DNA from: Octopus vulgaris
Lineage: Eukaryota
NCBI GenBank assembly: GCA_951406725.2
Contig: OX597814.1
Span: 76,694,001-76,758,000 of the forward strand
Length of the DNA stretch: 64,000 nt
Direction of reading: 5' to 3'
Both the position numbers and the translations under genes were made by a program. Each line of letters opens with the position of its first letter. Position 1 is the stretch's first letter. This document shows, piece after piece, positions 50,590 through 64,000 of the stretch. The notes beneath the pieces were generated by a model. The model saw only the letters and a list, made by a program, of their open reading frames with translations. It was not told the DNA's origin and did no database searches.

Positions 50590-52343
50590 ATTGGGTGAAC
50601 CAATAAATTCTAAATGCAAATTCCAAGAGCAATAGAAATCAACGTGAAGGCTGAGTTTTCGAGTGTTGGCTACGAATCCAGGAGGATATTTTTACACGTA
50701 AGACATATTAAATGCATGTGGACCATGGACAAATGTAAAACGAAAAATAACACTAGCGAATAATTTTTTTTCTCATTTTCTATTACATGGGAGTTTTCAG
50801 CTAATTCTAAGTAACTTTGCAACACTTGTTTCAAATTTAAAATCGGTTTTTGTCTGCATGCATTAGTTTTTATGCAATCTGAAATATATGATTTTTTTCG
50901 AAATCGGTACATTTGTAGAGAACTAATATATAAATATATATTTTCTTCTAAATATATATATTTCTTCAAGTAGACATAAATGCATATATGATTCCAATGC
51001 ATTTTGTGGCTGCTACACAGCTGTCCGTCAAAAGCGTAATATAACAAAATTTGTGAGATGTACCTATAAATTTTATTTTGACGTTCACCATTATGACTAA
51101 GACAAGAAGTGATCTCTGCATATTGTGTGTCATAATTGTGAGAAAATTCTTCGTGACTGGACAAAAGGAAAACGAAAAGGTCTACCTTTTGGAGTCCTTA
51201 TGTTTTGGCGACAACTATTTTTGGCTGGTTAACACTAAAAGTATTGGAATACAAAACCTATCCAAGCATTCCCTCGAAATTCGATCTACTCTTCATTATG
51301 AGAGACTCCCAGTTCCAGATTTTAATGGTTATGCCTCCTCTGAAAGTGAAAGCTGCAAATCTGATCAGAAGTTTGAAGAAATGGTCTGAGATTCCGAAGA
51401 CTCATCTAACGCCAAACAATCATCAGCCTCTCTTCATTCAAGTCAAACAGAACTAAATGGCGTAACATGTGATTTGGCACTCTTCAAGAAAGTAACGGAA
51501 TTGTTAGCCTCCAGGCTAAATGGAAAAAAATATTGAAAGCTCTGCAAAAGTCTCATTTCAGAATACAAGAGCAGATTTTTGTGAACCTGTTTTCAGAAGA
51601 CAAGCAATTTGTTTACTGCCACAGTATCCCAGGCCTTCTCAAACAGTTTGGCGTTGTCCAGGATAGCCCTACGGAATAGAGATAGTTTTTGAATTGTGTT
51701 TTAAGCGCAGTCTCAAGTATTTTCTTTGGCATAATGATAATGTTTTTGGCACAGTTCCAGTTAATCACTCGGAGTATTTGCAAGAAACCCATGACAACAT
51801 AAAAATGGTCATTCACTTACTCAAATATCACAAGTACAACTTGATGCACCACTTTCTCCTCGGACGACAGAACGGTCTCACTAAGTTTTCATGTTATCTC
51901 TGCGTGTTGGACAGTCGAACTCGAGACCTAGAAGGACCAAGAAGGAACGCTTCATCCGTGAAACTCTGAAAGCAGGCATGCCAAAGATTGTGAATGACCC
52001 GATCGTCAGCCAAGAGAATATCATTTTCTTTCCCATTCATTTAAAGCTTGCCTTGATGAAGCATTTTGTCAAGGCACTGAGTACTGACAGTGAATGCTTT
52101 AAGTACACAGTTTCTGTTTTTCCTGCTTTCTCTCGAAAAAGTCAAAGCGGGCGTAATTGATAGACCTTGTATATGATAAGGAATTTGTCAGAAAGATGAA
52201 TGACAAGGAAAAAATAGCGTGGCTGATATTCATGGACGTTTTAGAAAAAACTTTCTTGGTAACAAACGTGCAGATTTTAGTTGCTGAAATACGGTTGGCT
52301 TTTCGCGATCTTTGATGCAACATGAATGTCAAATTTCATTTCC

Positions 52344-52393
<50 letters not shown>

Positions 52394-52907
52394 TCGTCAC
52401 CATTTCTCCTAGAACGTTGGAGTAGTAAGTAATGAACAGGGAGAGCGCTTCCATCAAGACTTTATGACGATGGAAGAGCATTATCAAGGGCACTGGAAGA
52501 CATATGATGGTGGACGACTGCGTAAGTTTCAAACGAGATGACTCTCACAAAGTCTATAAACCCAAAAGCTACAAACAAGATTTGTTGCCAGAATAGGAAC
52601 AATTTCAGCTTTTTAAAAATTTCATTAGTCGTTTCTCGACTTTATTTTAAGCTTTAATATATATTGTAATGAACTTAAACGCTGTTGAGAATCCTATTTT
52701 TTTTTTTCTTAAGTGGTTGGTTTAAGATAGTATGACCATAAATTCCTTAGCTAAAACATAGATTTATGCAAAAGGTGTCGTAATTTTGTAAAGAATGAAA
52801 AATTTGAATTACAAAGACGTCTGAGCTTCAGATTTGAATTCAGCACATTGAAATAGGGTTAGAACAAGAGCCAGTATCAATGCAAATAAGATGTTCGTTC
52901 CCCAATG
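50590..52907 (+). mobile_element. Degenerate Chapaev3-like (CMC) DNA transposon
   Basis: Remnants KRSLKYFLWHN, FLLGRQNGLTKFSCYLCVLDSR, PIHLKLALMKHFVKAL, NVGVVSNEQGERFHQD..YQG; right end cccaatg followed by TAA; left end approximate. Confidence 0.7.
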
Positions 52908-53413
52908 TAATAATTAAAAGTGGATCATTACATAAATAATTTTTTCTTCTTGTAGAAGGTGAAGATGAAATCGTTAATCGATAGGTGATAAAATATTTTA
53001 TAATTGAAAAATCAGTCCGATAAAGAACTCACAGATTTTACAGCCACACCTCTCCTAAAATTATCAGGGTTATTATTTTTAATTTCTTAATGATTGAAAT
53101 CTTCTGTAGCCATTTATATTACCATTGGGCGGATTATTTGCTCGAGGAGAGGAAAAAAAGAGAAGGAAAGAAATTATTTTTTTTTAAATGTAAATAGATT
53201 GGGTAGCAACATAGACAGTGTTTGTTTGCAGATCCTTTAGTAAGCAAATCATCTCAGTTATTGTAAAACGATTGCTGCTACCACCACTATCTCACATCTA
53301 CCACTACAACAACCACTACGGTTCTAATAATAGTTATTATCATCATCGTAGTCGTCGTGTCATCATAATCATTACTACCACCATCACCATTATCATCATC
53401 GATGTCGTCGTTG

Positions 53414-53474
<61 letters not shown>

Positions 53475-54108
53475 TATCATATATTTTCTGAGTTGTTATT
53501 CCACGTAGGTTAAAAACAATCCTCATTAACATGATTAAGAGAACAACACCTTGCATGGTATAGCGTTTATAATATGTATATTCTAAATTAAACCTATGCC
53601 TGTAAGTATGTTAAAATATATAAATATATGCACATGCACAACACATATACCTATATATTTTTTTTATATTACCGAAGTATATTTGTCGAATTGTTAAATT
53701 TCACTTTAGGCAACAATAACTGTATATGCATGCGCGCGCATGTGTATGTATGTGCATGTTTGTGCATTTTCATGTGTGTATGCATACGTGTGTATGTGTA
53801 TGGTGGACACGGTAAGAATTTTCAGTAATGACATGGGCATGAAATTTAGTCATTTTGATGCTGAAGGGGAGAAAGGTAAAGCAAGGACCTAAACTGCCAA
53901 ATAATCAAGTAATAAAAGTTTAGGACCTATCCATAAATATAACCCTCCGTTTTCTTCGCTCTCTCTCCATTTTTACCCCTCCCAATTCTTTTTGTCGAAG
54001 AGCATAGGCTCAAATATCAAAGTCTTTTTCCTTCTTCCCGAGTATAAAACTAACACACCTGCTTGTTGTTCCCTCATCTGTCTTCGTCTTTTGTTTTCTA
54101 TAAATTTG

Positions 54109-54215
<107 letters not shown>

Positions 54216-54218
54216 ATA

Positions 54219-54922
54219 TCAATTCGTGAATTTCACGTTCTTTATATATAAAGTTTTATTCTATATTATCGCAGCGTACGTGCACCAATCCATTTATGTT
54301 TGTCATATCTCCACCATTGCACGACTTCTTCAACTTTAACTTTCCCTTTCCCATTCGCCATTGCTTCTTCCTCAAGGTATTTTGGCGCTTCTTTACCAAG
54401 TTATTTTGGCGCCTCTTCCTCTCATCCTCTTTAATTCTTTCTTTCTCTCTCTCTTGGTCATTGCTTCTGTTCTCGGCCCTCCTTAATCCCCTCTCTCTCT
54501 GTCTCTCTTTCTCTCTCACCTTCTTGCAACCTGCTGCTACTAAGCCATTCCATTGGTGACAGCCGCCTGTACTACACGTGTCTTCTCTACCGAAAAGGTA
54601 ACCGCTTCCCACGCTTGCTGATCAATTGTTTTTGTCCCATTTTGTCATCCCTGTTTTTATTCGTTACTGTTTCCAATTTTATCTTCGTCTCTTGTTTTCC
54701 TATTCGTCTCTGTTGTCACATTCTTTCCTTATACCAAGGAAATCTAATGCCCATAGCTTAGCTTTTCCTTGGGGCTGGCCGTTTTGGAGCAAATCTCAGA
54801 ATTAAACAGCCGAAATTTGCCATGATGAATCGGTTTCTGACTGAAGAATGAAGGTTCTGAATGACTGTCTGTTTTCCGTGTTCGTCAATTCGTGAATTTC
54901 ACGTTCTTTATATATAAAGTTT

Positions 54923-54926
<4 letters not shown>
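54219..54926. mobile_element. Element bounded by 42-bp direct repeats within (TA)n/(TG)n; possibly Penelope-derived
   Basis: tcaattcgtgaatttcacgttctttatatataaagttttatt at 54219-54260 and 54885-54926. Confidence 0.5.
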
Positions 54927-55000
<74 letters not shown>

Positions 55001-55005
55001 AATTT

Positions 55006-55050
<45 letters not shown>

Positions 55051-55627
55051 ATTTATATATATATATGACTTATATATATATGTTCATCTCCTATGTTCCT
55101 TCCTCAAGGCTTTCTCTCTACACACGCCAGCTCAACTTGATTTGTCTCTATTAGTTGAAAAATAACTGCTGTTGTTATTTTCTTGTTGCTTGTATTTGTG
55201 TAACATTTTCTCTGTTTTATTGTATGTTTTTTTTTTTTTGTCTTTGTTGTCCATTCACGTGCTTTCTCCCAAAATATTTAATGCTCTTAGTTTAGATTTT
55301 TAGGGCCAGCCAGATTTGAACAGTTTCAAGTGTAACCGGCCGAAACTGCAAGGATAACCTGGAAACTTGATTGAAGGGAGAAGGCCACGAATGAAGAGTC
55401 CTTGTTTTTTCCTGTCCGTCTTTTTGTTGTTTTTCTTGTCCGTCTTTGTATCGTCTATCTGTCGGGATGTTTTATTGTCGTCTGTTACGTTTTTGTTCTA
55501 TTTTTGGGACTTATATATATATATATATATATAATGATACGTAATTATATGTATATATCGTCAATAGATCATATATCCGAAAAAGAATCACACTTTAAAC
55601 GTTAGAGCAGTAATGTATTTATTGGGA

Positions 55628-55796
55628 GTTAATTATATGGCCAGTCATAGAGTAACCAATGATTTCGCATCTATAAAGCGCCTAGCCTCACAGATGGCTC
55701 GTCGGACTCTTATAGAGTCCGTCGAGCCGTCTATAAGGCTAAGCGCTTTATAGATGCGAAACCATTGGTCACTCTATGGCCGACCATATAATTAAC
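55628..55796. repeat. 169-bp imperfect palindrome (83-bp arms, 3-nt loop)
   Basis: Arms 55628-55710 and 55714-55796; about 10 mismatches, mostly transitions. Confidence 0.92.
55712..55777 (+). ncRNA. Degenerate type I minimal hammerhead-ribozyme-like motif (mirror copy on the minus strand at about 55647-55712)
   Basis: Stem I atagagt/actctat; core CCGUCGA (CCGACGA in the mirror copy) versus consensus CUGANGA; stem II gccgtctata/tatagatgc; GAAA; short stem III; GUC triplet ending at 55770. Confidence 0.5.
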
Positions 55797-56562
55797 ATTA
55801 CACACACACACACACACATATAAACATTAGATTAGATTAGATTAGTAAAATCGTTAGAGCGTTGAAAAACGTGTTTTCTAGTATTTCTTGCAGTTCTTTA
55901 CGTTCTTAGATCAAATTCTGCAGAGATGACCATTGCATTTCATTCCTCTGAGATCGGGATGTGTAGTGGGGCTGAAGATGACGGTTTATCCGCTTCCCTC
56001 CAACTTGATGATTTTGGATCTAAATCAATAAAATGAGTGTGTGTGTGTGTGTGTGTTTTATTGTGCAAAAATGCATGCGATTCTTATATCTTTTATTTGA
56101 AATGTGAAAAGTAGCAATTTTCAACCACTGGGCTATGTATAAACCATAGATGTGCCTAGATGTTTTTGAGGTGAGTTTGTAGACGCCAGGATAGTTAGAA
56201 AAATTGATTTCTTTTGAGCACTTCACCGACGTATGCGTATGATTTAGCAACGCATGCAATCTATGTCTGTTTTGAAACAATTTTATTATTTGTAGTTTAT
56301 ATCATATAATGTTTAAAAATCTGTGTGCAGATTCGTTATGCCATGCATAATTTTTAAGAATCTCTGCGCGTTATTCATTATGCAAAAAGTTGACAATCAT
56401 TTGGGTTAGAGTATAGTGCATCTACATGTGGTAACGAGTATAATATTCCGTAATGTCAATTTTGTCTGGCTGTCTGTACTCCATCGTAATGCGTTATTCC
56501 GTTCAACACAGACTGTTGACTAAGCAGATAGATACACATACTTATGAGTGTGAGGGTGGAAG

Positions 56563-56611
<49 letters not shown>

Positions 56612-56823
56612 AGATAAGAAAATGGAGAAATACATCTAAATCAAATATCAATTACCAGATAATATTCAATCACTTTATTAAACCATCACATAAGAGACTG
56701 TAGGGTTAGATATAAAAGCAGAACAAATCAGTGTACATAAATGAATGTACATAAAAAAGTAATGTTGTATAATAAGTAGAATATATATAAAAGAGAATAT
56801 AAATATAAGTAAATATAAATATA

Positions 56824-57603
56824 CGAGGGGCGTTCAATATGTAATGCCCCTGACCCACTTGCAGTTGTTTGATCTAGCTGAAATTTTGCATGTGCACTTA
56901 TTTATACCTCTATAGATTAAGTGGCGAATTACAGCTCTGAACTAATTGTGGTTTCTGATTTACAGGTGTTTGAACTGAGTCAAGTATGAAATGGAGCCTG
57001 TTGAGTGTCGAGCAGTGATCCGGTTTTTGTATTTGAAAGGACGCACACCACGGGAGACTTTTGATGAAATGAAAGTAACTTATGGTGATGATGCCCCATC
57101 ATATGACCTTGTAAAACGCTGGCATTGTGAATTCAAACATAGACGGAACTCTGTGGAAACAGCTCCCAGATCTGGTCGCCCGCTTCTGCCGTTGATGAGA
57201 CGTCTGTCCGTCAAGTTGAGGCTGCCATTTTGGAAGGTCAACGCATAACTATTCGCCAAATAGCCCATAAGGTCAAGATTAGTACCGGGTCTGTGGAAAC
57301 TATCATTCATGACCATTTGCATATGCAAAAGGTGTCTGCCAGATGGATTTCCAGGTTGCTCACACCTTTCCAGAAGCAAGAACGCGTTGAGTGCTCGAGG
57401 ATGAATTTGGAGATGTGCCAAGAAGATAAGTCAAAATTTTTCAAAAGACTGATCACACAGGATAAAACCTGGGTCAATCACTATGATCCATAGACCAAAG
57501 CCCAGTCAATGCAGTGAAAGCACCGTGACTCACCTCCTCCAAAGAAGGCAAGGGTGCAGCCCTCCGCTGGCAAGGTTATGCTCACAGTCTTCTGGGACCA
57601 GGA
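56824..57603 (+). mobile_element. Mariner transposon 5' half, frameshifted and cut by the assembly gap
   Basis: TA followed by cgaggggcgttcaa TIR; RAVIRFL..APSY..VKRW HTH; KVSARWISRLLT; ITQDKTWV (DETW-like). Confidence 0.9.
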
Positions 57604-57703
57604 NNNNNNNNNNNNNNNNNNNNNNNNNNNNNNNNNNNNNNNNNNNNNNNNNNNNNNNNNNNNNNNNNNNNNNNNNNNNNNNNNNNNNNNNNNNNNNNNN
57701 NNN
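57604..57703. other. Assembly gap (100 N)
   Basis: Run of N. Confidence 1.
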
Positions 57704-58278
57704 TAACACCAAATATATAGTGCGTGTGTTTTTATTAGCTAAACAGGCAAAATGACTTTTACTAAATACAACAACATTATTATTATTATCATTATTATTA
57801 ATATTTTAGACGTAACACAGTATCCAAACTCATGAATTTTTGATAGAAGATATTGTGTCTACTGGAGGTTTGTACTGTCGGTCACGTTACAAGTATCTCA
57901 GTGCTACCACTATTGAAGGTCCTGCGCCACCTTGTCATGTCTGCTCTTGAACTCTTTCTGCGCAAGACATTCACAAGCTTGTGAAAGTGAGTATGTGCGT
58001 GTGTGTATATATGTATATACCCAGGTAGAGAAAAACTGGAACGAAGTGACGAACAGGGTAGCCAATCTCACCCAGAAATTGGTCGAGAGGAAGCTGTTCC
58101 TGAAAGGTCGAGCAGAGGGGGAGAATGCGTACATCACATCGGTCACCTACTACCGCTTGACCATCGACCCTTGCCCCTTACGTTGCCCCTAATGTTTATA
58201 TGAATGTGAAAACCCTTTGTAACGTCTCGTGTTGTCTTTTATGTATAATTTATATTAGCCCTTGTAGCCCATAAAAGA

Positions 58279-58365
<87 letters not shown>

Positions 58366-60841
58366 TATAATAATAATAATAATGCTCTGTGTGCCTTGGG
58401 TATGTGCTGTAATTTGTTGTGATGCTCTGATTGTTACTGTATTGAAAGTGTTTTGCGCAGAATGTGTGCAGTGCCCAGTAGTGCAATTTTTTGCAATTTT
58501 TTGTATGTTATATGTGTTTGTAAGTCCTGGTGTTTTTGTTATGTAATTTTCTGAATATTTTTTTATCATACCTAATGCACCTACTTTGATAGGAATTGTT
58601 TCTGATTTTAGATCCACATTCGAGTTACCTGTATTTCCAGGTCTTTGTATTTTGAAAGTTTCTCCATTTCTTTTAGAGACACGTTGTCATCTGCTCGTAT
58701 TGATACATCAATTAGAAAGCATTTTTTTCCTTCATGACCTCTGACAACTATATCTAGTCTGTTGGCCTTAATTTCTCTATCTGTGTGTATCGGCATATCC
58801 CAGAGTATGGTTGCTTTCTCGTTTTCTGTGACCTTTTCTGGTGTGTGCCTATACCATCTTTTTTCTGTTGTTATTCCATAATGTTGGCATAGCTTCCAGT
58901 GTATGTAGCTCCCAACTCTGTCGTGTCTGTGAATATATTCCTTCTTAGCCAGGACTGGGCAGCCAGAGATAATATGATTTATTGTTTCTTGTCCATCTCC
59001 ACATATTCTGCAGTTACTTGTAATATATCTTTCCATTACATGTTTAAGGAAATTTCTGGTGGGGAGGCTTGTGCTGCAATTAAAAATCCCTTTGTCTCTC
59101 CTTTGAGTCCTGAGCTTCTCAACTATTGCTGGGATTTTTCTTTGTCTATTTCTTTTGCATTTAGTTTAGTCCAGTACTTGTCATGAAGGGGTTTTTCTTG
59201 CCATCGCTTTATCCATAGTCCGTTGCTGTTCTAGTTTTAGTTTTGATTTCATTTGCTTTATAGAGTTCTTCTTCTTCTTCTTCTTCTTCTTCTTCTTCTT
59301 CTTCTTCTTCTTCTTCTTCTTCTTCTTCTTCTTCTTCTTCTTCTTCTTCTTCTTCTTCTTCTTCTTCTTCTTCTTCATATTTGTTAGGTGCTATGCTTTC
59401 GTTCGTATTTAGATCACTAAATAAAACAGAGCTCAATGCTAAAAACAAGATAATAGGTATTAACACTTTAGCCGTCCCAGTTATAAGTTACAGCTACAAT
59501 ATCCTTAACCAAAATAGATAGGGAAACAAGAAAAATAATGACAGGATCTAGGATGCATCACCCAAAATCTGACATAGAAAGGCTATATATACAACGTATA
59601 GAAATTGGTAGAGGCTTATAAAGCTGGAAAACTACTATAAAAAAAACCCACCATAGAACTGCAACAATACCTACCTCAGAAGCAAGGAAAACTGATACAA
59701 ATAGCGGCAAAACACGAGCAAAACCAAAAGTTGTTCTCAGTATTTAAGGAAGCTGACAAATACGAACAAGAAAGCATAGCACCTAACAAATATGAAGAAG
59801 AAGAAGAAGAAGAAGAAGAAGAAGAAGAAGAAGAAGAAGAAGAAGAAGAAGAAGAAGAAGAAGAAGAAGAAGAAGAAGAAGAAGAAGAAGAAGAAGAAGA
59901 AGAAGAAGAAGAAGAAGAAGAAGAAGAAGAAAGCAAAAGCTATAAAGCAAATGAAATCAAAACTAAAACTAGAACAGCAACGGACCATGATAAAGCGATG
60001 GCAAGAAAAACCCCTTCATGGCAAGTACTGGACTAAACTAAATGCAAAAGAAATAGACAAAGAAAAATCCCAGCAATAGTTGAGAAGCTCAGGACTCAAA
60101 GGAGAGATAAAGGGATTTTTAATTGCAACACAAGCCTCCCCACCAGAAATTTCCTTAAACATGTAATGGAAAGATATATTACAAGTAACTGCAGAATATG
60201 TGGAGATGGACAAGAAACAATAAATCATATTATCTCTGGCTGCCCAGTCCTGGCTAAGAAGGAATATATTCACAGACACGACAGAGTTGGGAGCTACATA
60301 CACTGGAAGCTATGCCAACATTATGGAATAACAACAGAAAAAAGATGGTATAGGCACACACCAGAAAAGGTCACAGAAAACGAGAAAGCAACCATACTCT
60401 GGGATATGCCGATACACACAGATAGAGAAATTAAGGCCAACAGACTAGATATAGTTGTCAGAGGTCATGAAGGAAAAAAATGCTTTCTAATTGATGTATC
60501 AATACGAGCAGATGACAACGTGTCTCTAAAAGAAATGGAGAAACTTTCAAAATACAAAGACCTGGAAATACAGGTAACTCGAATGTGGATCTAAAATCAG
60601 AAACAATTCCTATCAAAGTAGGTGCATTAGGTATGATAAAAAAATATTCAGAAAATTACATAACAAAAACACCAGGACTTACAAACACATATAACATACA
60701 AAAAATTGCAAAAAATTGCACTACTGGGCACTGCACACATTCTGCGCAAAACACTTTCAATACAGTAACAATCAGAGCATCACAACAAATTACAGCACAT
60801 ACCCAAGGCACACAGAGCTTATTATTATTATTATTATTATA

Positions 60842-60928
<87 letters not shown>

Positions 60929-61503
60929 TCTTTTATGGGCTACAAGGGCTAATATAAATTATACATAAAAGACAACACGAGACGTTACAAAGGGTTTTCA
61001 CATTCATATAAACATTAGGGGCAACGTAAGGGGCAAGGGTCGATGGTCAAGCGGTAGTAGGTGACCGATGTGATGTACGCATTCTCCCCCTCTGCTCGAC
61101 CTTTCAGGAACAGCTTCCTCTCGACCAATTTCTGGGTGAGATTGGCTACCCTGTTCGTCATTTCGTTCCAGTTTTTCTCTACCTGGGTATATACATATAT
61201 ACACACACGCACATACTCACTTTCACAAGCTTGTGAATGTCTTGCGCAGAAAGAGTTCAAGAGCAGACATGACAAGGTGGCGCAGGACCTTCAATAGTGG
61301 TAGCACTGAGATACTTGTAACGTGACCGACAGTACAAACCTCCAGTAGACACAATATCTTCTATCAAAAATTCATGAGTTTGGATACTGTGTTACGTCTA
61401 AAATATTAATAATAATGATAATAATAATAATGTTGTTGTATTTAGTAAAAGTCATTTTGCCTGTTTAGCTAATAAAAACACACGCACTATATATTTGGTG
61501 TTA
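57704..61503. repeat. Long inverted duplication: arms 57704-~59410 and ~59758-61503, spacer about 350 bp
   Basis: Arms are near-identical reverse complements; mirrored ORFs 58608-59036(-) and 60166-60594(+) translate identically. Confidence 0.95.
59415..60820 (+). mobile_element. Dong/R4 LINE 3' part with internal (GAA)n expansion and (TTA)n tail; mirrored at about 58380-59410 (-)
   Basis: Same family as 42608-44470; CCHC, RHD and REL motifs. Confidence 0.9.
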
Positions 61504-61761
61504 ATTTGCTTCAGCTTTATTTATTATTTACATTAATTTTAATCTTATTTTGGCCAGAGTTCTTTTGTCACAGTTCTGTGTTCTCATTAGTGGTCCTTTG
61601 CTTTCTTCTCTCTTATTTGTGTGTCTCTCCTTAGTGACGGTTAGACATTTTGTATTTCCTAAAACTCCCAATAGTGATAGGCACTTTAAAGGTTACTCGT
61701 GTAATACGAGTTATTTTTGCATTCTGCCGGGTGTGCTAACTATTGTGCCAAACACGCCGCC

Positions 61762-61865
<104 letters not shown>

Positions 61866-61959
61866 TATAATTTATTCTTTTATGGGATAAATTATACATA
61901 AAAGACAACACAAGACGTTACAAAGGGTTTTCACATTCATGTAAACATTAAATAACAAT

Positions 61960-62790
61960 CCAGAAGTAAAAGTAAAACTCCCAATAGTGGTAGGCTCTTT
62001 AATGGTTACTCGTGGGAAAAGCAACAAAAGCCACGGGTGCCTGATCAACTGAGCAAGAGCCCTTCTCCTTTTATTCTTTTTACAGGTGTATTCTCAGAAT
62101 TGGTCCATTTACACTGGCCATTTATCTCACATCCACCTACATTTCAACAAATTTAATAGAAGACAACATTTCCTTCCACCCTCACTTTCCTTCTCAAGTG
62201 AGACTTGAAGTTGATGAGGGTTCGGCCAAAGACGAAAGTGTCTGTCTTTAGCCCTTTCAAACGTGTCCACCACACTACCTCTTTCACTACAACCACCAGA
62301 TAAATAAAAAATTGCCTGCCCCTCCCGGTTAAAGGGAGTTGGCGGGACAATCTTCACTATCGATTCAGCTGATAGCCGTATCCGTCCTACACGCGACAGC
62401 AGCTAATAATAACAATAATAATGCTTTCAAATTTTCGCACAAGGCCAGCAATTGAGAGAAATGAGGTAGGTTGATTTCATCGACCCCATTGCTCAGCAGG
62501 TTTGTGAGGCTTTTACCTCCCACTGTACTATCCGTTAGCCCCACACAGTCGAACTGTGGCTCTACGACGGCGTTTAAATCCCCCACTAAAACAGGAATTC
62601 CTAGGAAAACCCCCAGAAGCATGAAAAAGGCTTGTTGTCCTACTCCTGTCTATGCGAAATCACCGAAAATCGGCATGAACGATTGTCAGTCAGAGTCTAG
62701 CTTCACTGAGAGTCACTGCATCTACACTTCGTGATCTGAGGTTGCTGTGTAGATGACTATGTTTCCTAGGCGACCCCAAATCATGTGCAT
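61960..62790 (-). mobile_element. L1/Tx1-like LINE remnants (AP endonuclease piece and 3' end)
   Basis: VLVGDLNA (GDFN-like) motif; 3' end matches 30720-30945. Confidence 0.5.
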
Positions 62791-64000
62791 TTATACGGAC
62801 TATCCTAAGGATAACTGTTATGTGCGTTGGTACGTTGTTTGTTGATGTGATAAATCTGGGCTGCGTTGTCTGTATAGTTAAACATGCGTTCCTTCAGGTC
62901 TTTATTGTTCTTGAATATTGCTGTGTATTTAATGATGTTTGACATTTGCTGGTGTTGGAAAGTGCGATCTGAGAGTTGTGTGTGTGAATTATGTTGTGCT
63001 CGTGAGGGTTGTGTCTTTGATAGTGGTGGTGGTGATGGTATCGATGGGAATGATGTTGACATTACTGGTGACGCTTCTGTTGGGGGGGGGGGCTGTTAGG
63101 TGTGTATTTATTCTCAAAGAGATTTCCCCGCTCTGATCATACCTGCTAGGTTTTGTGTTGGTATGGCTATATTTTATTTCCTTTTATTTTATCAGACCTG
63201 CCAAACTTTTGACATTTAGGCTCTTCGTCGTCCCCATGGCCGCAGGATTTGTCTGACTGTTACGAACACGAGTGGGACATCTCTTTGCGAGATTTTTGCC
63301 GTTGTTCACTTGATAATAAATTTCTTATTTTGGGTAATTCTGATGCTGTTGTTTTCGCTGTTGTCTGATATGTGAATGACTTAGATGTTCGTGAATTCCC
63401 TGTTCTGTTCGCTGCTGTTGCCTTCACTGCTCTTGTTCATGTTGTTGTTGCGGTTAATGTGGTCGGTGCTGCTATGATTACTGGTAAAGCTAATGATACT
63501 GTTGTTTTTGCAGCTGTAGTGGTCAGCGGTATTAGCTGGTGCTGTTGCTGAGTGTGGTTGTGGTGGTGGTGTCGGCAAAGGCGGGACTCTCTATTCTCTA
63601 TTTTGTTGTGGGAAAAGGGCCTTGAGATGATTTGTGTCTCCACACAGGTGAAACATCGGATTTCATCCCTCCACAGCCACATGGAAGTTTGAAGCAATCT
63701 GGTAAATTTGTTCTATCCATTCGCATCCATAAATCCAAGTACTGCCCGCAAAAGTTTTGTTTATGCAGTTTTCGCGCCTGTAGGATATTCATTTTGTTCA
63801 TGCCACCAACCAGCAGATGTCTATTTCTAGTAAAATGTTTTCCATTATTATTTTCGCCATTCTGCATCCCTGGTATATGTTTTAATCTACTCGATACCTG
63901 TCAGACAGTTGAAAACATCTGAGCAGGTTTGTTAGGATGTTGCAACCCACTCTCCTATCTGATAGCTCCACGCAATCGAAATATTTATCTAAGACAGCGT

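Noticed and set aside
59209-59466. ORF resembling a secreted poly-Glu protein (MLIPIILFLALSS...)
   Set aside because: Chimeric reading across the inversion junction: antisense LINE sequence plus a (GAA)n microsatellite
62790-64000. ORFs at the right end of the window
   Set aside because: Short, low-complexity and without a recognisable domain; probably decayed retroelement sequence that I cannot classify

Overview
AT-rich animal genomic DNA packed with microsatellites. The SINE and Dong/R4 repeat landscape strongly suggests an octopod cephalopod (inference). Most of the window is decayed transposable elements: Gypsy LTR elements and solo LTRs, HERO, Dong/R4, RTE, L1/Tx1 and Penelope-like retroelements, hAT, Tc1/mariner, Chapaev3 and Helitron fragments, and tRNA-derived SINEs. 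The only host genes I can support are absent from the ORF track as whole genes. They are two tandemly duplicated, spliced, minus-strand genes (copy A exons 22865-22805, 14216-14076, 6265-6144; copy B exons 36388-36328, 32932-32792, 31126-31005). Each has a TATA box, a signal-peptide exon and two exons that each encode one six-cysteine pacifastin/half-VWC-like module (CNTCxC...CTxxxC). Splice sites and phases are intact. The signal exon is identical between copies while module 2 is strongly diverged, and the terminal exon could not be located. Other notable structures are a 169-bp palindrome made of two divergent degenerate hammerhead-ribozyme-like motifs (55628-55796), a 1.7-kb inverted duplication abutting an assembly gap, and a nest of (TAA)n-targeted retroelements. 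Many TE boundaries are approximate.
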